A DNA stretch of 64,000 nt from Candidatus Latescibacterota bacterium (GTDB lineage Bacteria > Latescibacterota > UBA2968 > UBA8231): contig OZ242318.1 of assembly GCA_965208105.1 (NCBI GenBank), positions 64,001 through 128,000 of the forward strand. The letters are read 5' to 3'. The position numbers were made by a program, and so were the translations under genes. Below, in pieces: positions 62,394 through 64,000 of the stretch. The notes beneath the pieces are model-generated. The model saw nothing but the letters and a program-made list of their open reading frames with translations, was not told the DNA's origin and searched no databases. The stretch's first letter is position 1. Every line of letters begins with the position of its first letter.

Positions 62394-62499
62394 CCTGCCT
62401 TTGTTGCGGCCAATCCCGAGTGACCTGGGCAGCGAAGGTATCCGCGCCTCAGCCCCTGGGAGGGTGACCTTCGCACCGGTTGTCAGCGAGGGGACAGCC

Positions 62500-62528
62500 T
62501 TGACTGAGCAAGGGAATAAGCATAAGAT
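62500..62528 (+). promoter_or_regulatory. Putative sigma70 promoter upstream of MITE copy 3 and ssb
   Basis: TTGACT, 17 bp spacer, TAAGAT. Confidence 0.55.
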
Positions 62529-62545
62529 AATACCACTGTCGCCAA

Positions 62546-62707
62546 GTGTCCCGTCGCAGAAATAGGTCGCCATTATTCCGCCGATCCATCCCGGCTCACG
62601 GCGTTGCCTTCACTCGCCGTACACCACTGGTACGACTCGCTCAGGCGCCTTGTGAGCCGGGCGCCTCGGCGGCCCAATTTCGTCAACCTATCTCTGCGAC
62701 GGGACAT
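62546..62707 (+). mobile_element. 162-bp palindromic MITE-like repeat, copy 3
   Basis: Four substitutions relative to each of the other copies. Flanks read caaG...Ttag. Confidence 0.85.
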
Positions 62708-62775
62708 TAGGACAGAATCTTCACCAATCCTACACATATTCAAATTTTGAGATTATCCCGGGAAGGAGTGCCCAA

Positions 62776-63219
62776 ATGTCGCGTGGGGGAGTCAACAAGG
62801 TCATCCTGATCGGCAATCTGGGATCGGATCCAGAGGTGAAGTACACCACAAACGGGGTACCGGTTGCCAACATCAGCCTGGCGACCTCGGAATCCTGGAC
62901 CGACCGGAACGGAGAGCGTCAGGAGCGCACCGAATGGCACCGACTGGTGCTGTGGCGCAAGGTGGCAGAGATCGCCGGCCAGTACCTCAAGAAGGGCAGC
63001 AAGATCTATGTCGAGGGCAGGCTGCAGACGCGGTCCTGGGACGACCAGAGCGGGCAGAAACGCTATACCACGGAGGTCGACGTCAGAGACATGCAAATGC
63101 TCGATTCGCGGGGAGAGGCTCCGGATGCCGGGGGCAGGATGAGCGGCGATCCCGGTCCCGCCGCTAGCCAGGCGCCGATGCCGGCAGGCTCGGAAGAAGA
63201 CGACGATCTCCCGTTCTAG
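62776..63219 (+). CDS. ssb: Single-stranded DNA-binding protein (canonical)
   Basis: [30 protein letters not shown]-terminal EDDDLPF. Confidence 0.96.
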   Translation: MSRGGVNKVILIGNLGSDPEVKYTTNGVPVANISLATSESWTDRNGERQERTEWHRLVLWRKVAEIAGQYLKKGSKIYVEGRLQTRSWDDQSGQKRYTTEVDVRDMQMLDSRGEAPDAGGRMSGDPGPAASQAPMPAGSEEDDDLPF

Positions 63220-63248
63220 CCCCGCAGAAGAGCAGGAGCAGGTTTGGC

Positions 63249-64000
63249 TTGGCTGGTAGTTTCTTCCATCTATTGTTGGCGCGGCAGGCCTTCTCCCTCA
63301 TAGATCCCCAATCGCGGCAACGGTCAGCCGAAACCCTCAGGTGGAGGGCATTTCTGGCCGGATCCCTGGCTCCGGACCTGGGGTTCTTTCCCGGCGGACC
63401 GCGCCGTCTCTCCGAGCGCATCCACCACGAGTACACCGGCGATTTCCTGCGGGCCCTCAGGGAAGAGGCGGAAGACGAGATCGATGCCGCCTTTGCCGCC
63501 GGGTGGGCTCTTCACCTGTACACCGATTGTGCCGTCCATCCCTGGGTGAACTCCCGAGTCGAAGCCCTTTTTAGCGAAGGGGACGGGCCTGCCGTCCCCA
63601 ATCGGGACCTCTGGCACATGCGCCTGGAGTGGGGACTGGACTGCCGCCTGCTCGAGCAGGATCAAAACCGCTTTCTCTGGGAAGCTGTCCTGAATTTCCC
63701 GGGCAGCAGCTCCACTCCGGGTCCCTTGACCCGGGCCGCGGAAAAATTTTACGGGGAAAACGCCGCCAGGGATGATATCTCCCGCGGAGAGGAAGCCCTG
63801 AAGAAATGGACGCGGCTGCTTCCGCGGATCTTTCTCTGGTGCGGAAATACCAGACCCAAATTCAAACTGGCCTTTCCCGCCCTGGCTCCCATAGTGAAAC
63901 TGACCACCGGGACGGTCTCGGGAGATTGGCTGGCCACCGTAAATGGTTGGCAGAATGCGGCGGCCGTCGCCAGGCCCTGGCGCCAGAACGATGCAGATTT
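63249..64000 (+). CDS. Zinc-dependent phospholipase C family protein, partial (runs off the right edge)
   Basis: Translated by hand from TTG 63249: MAGSFFHLLLA...AFLAGSLAPDLGFF...IHH...GWALHLYTDCAVHPWVN...WHMRLEWGLD. Confidence 0.72.
   Translation, partial: MAGSFFHLLLARQAFSLIDPQSRQRSAETLRWRAFLAGSLAPDLGFFPGGPRRLSERIHHEYTGDFLRALREEAEDEIDAAFAAGWALHLYTDCAVHPWVNSRVEALFSEGDGPAVPNRDLWHMRLEWGLDCRLLEQDQNRFLWEAVLNFPGSSSTPGPLTRAAEKFYGENAARDDISRGEEALKKWTRLLPRIFLWCGNTRPKFKLAFPALAPIVKLTTGTVSGDWLATVNGWQNAAAVARPWRQNDAD

Noticed and set aside
59302-63219. Genomic island or prophage integrated at tRNA-Thr or tRNA-Ala
   Set aside because: No integrase, phage genes or duplicated tRNA 3' end seen; neighbouring genes are housekeeping-like.

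Overview
A 64-kb, GC-rich (roughly 60% by eye) stretch of bacterial core chromosome. The gene content suggests an FCB-superphylum organism, possibly Latescibacterota-like (FlgD/T9SS-type C-terminal domain, several Gfo/Idh/MocA and PhyH-family enzymes); this is inference only. From left to right it holds: a re-shuffled glutamate-synthase/N-methylglutamate-synthase-like operon ending in a GltD::degenerate-GlxD fusion that runs off the left edge and is absent from the ORF track; tRNA-Ala; a non-canonical ssb; an orphan N6-MTase-TRD; a yyaL-cysK-merR-iscA-iscS-moeZ-trmB block; a dcw cluster lacking mraY, murD, murG, murB and ddl; purE; a large S8/FG-GAP protease; groESL with a sigma54 promoter and a His-rich GroEL tail; miaB-mtaB-pcrA-mltG; transporters and catabolic enzymes; SMUG1 and an EVE protein; a voltage-gated channel with a TLEDWTD filter; tRNA-Thr; a second ftsA; a second orphan MTase; and the canonical ssb. 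Three about 97%-identical copies of a 162-bp palindromic MITE-like element are scattered across the window. I saw no transposase, integrase, prophage, rRNA or CRISPR array.
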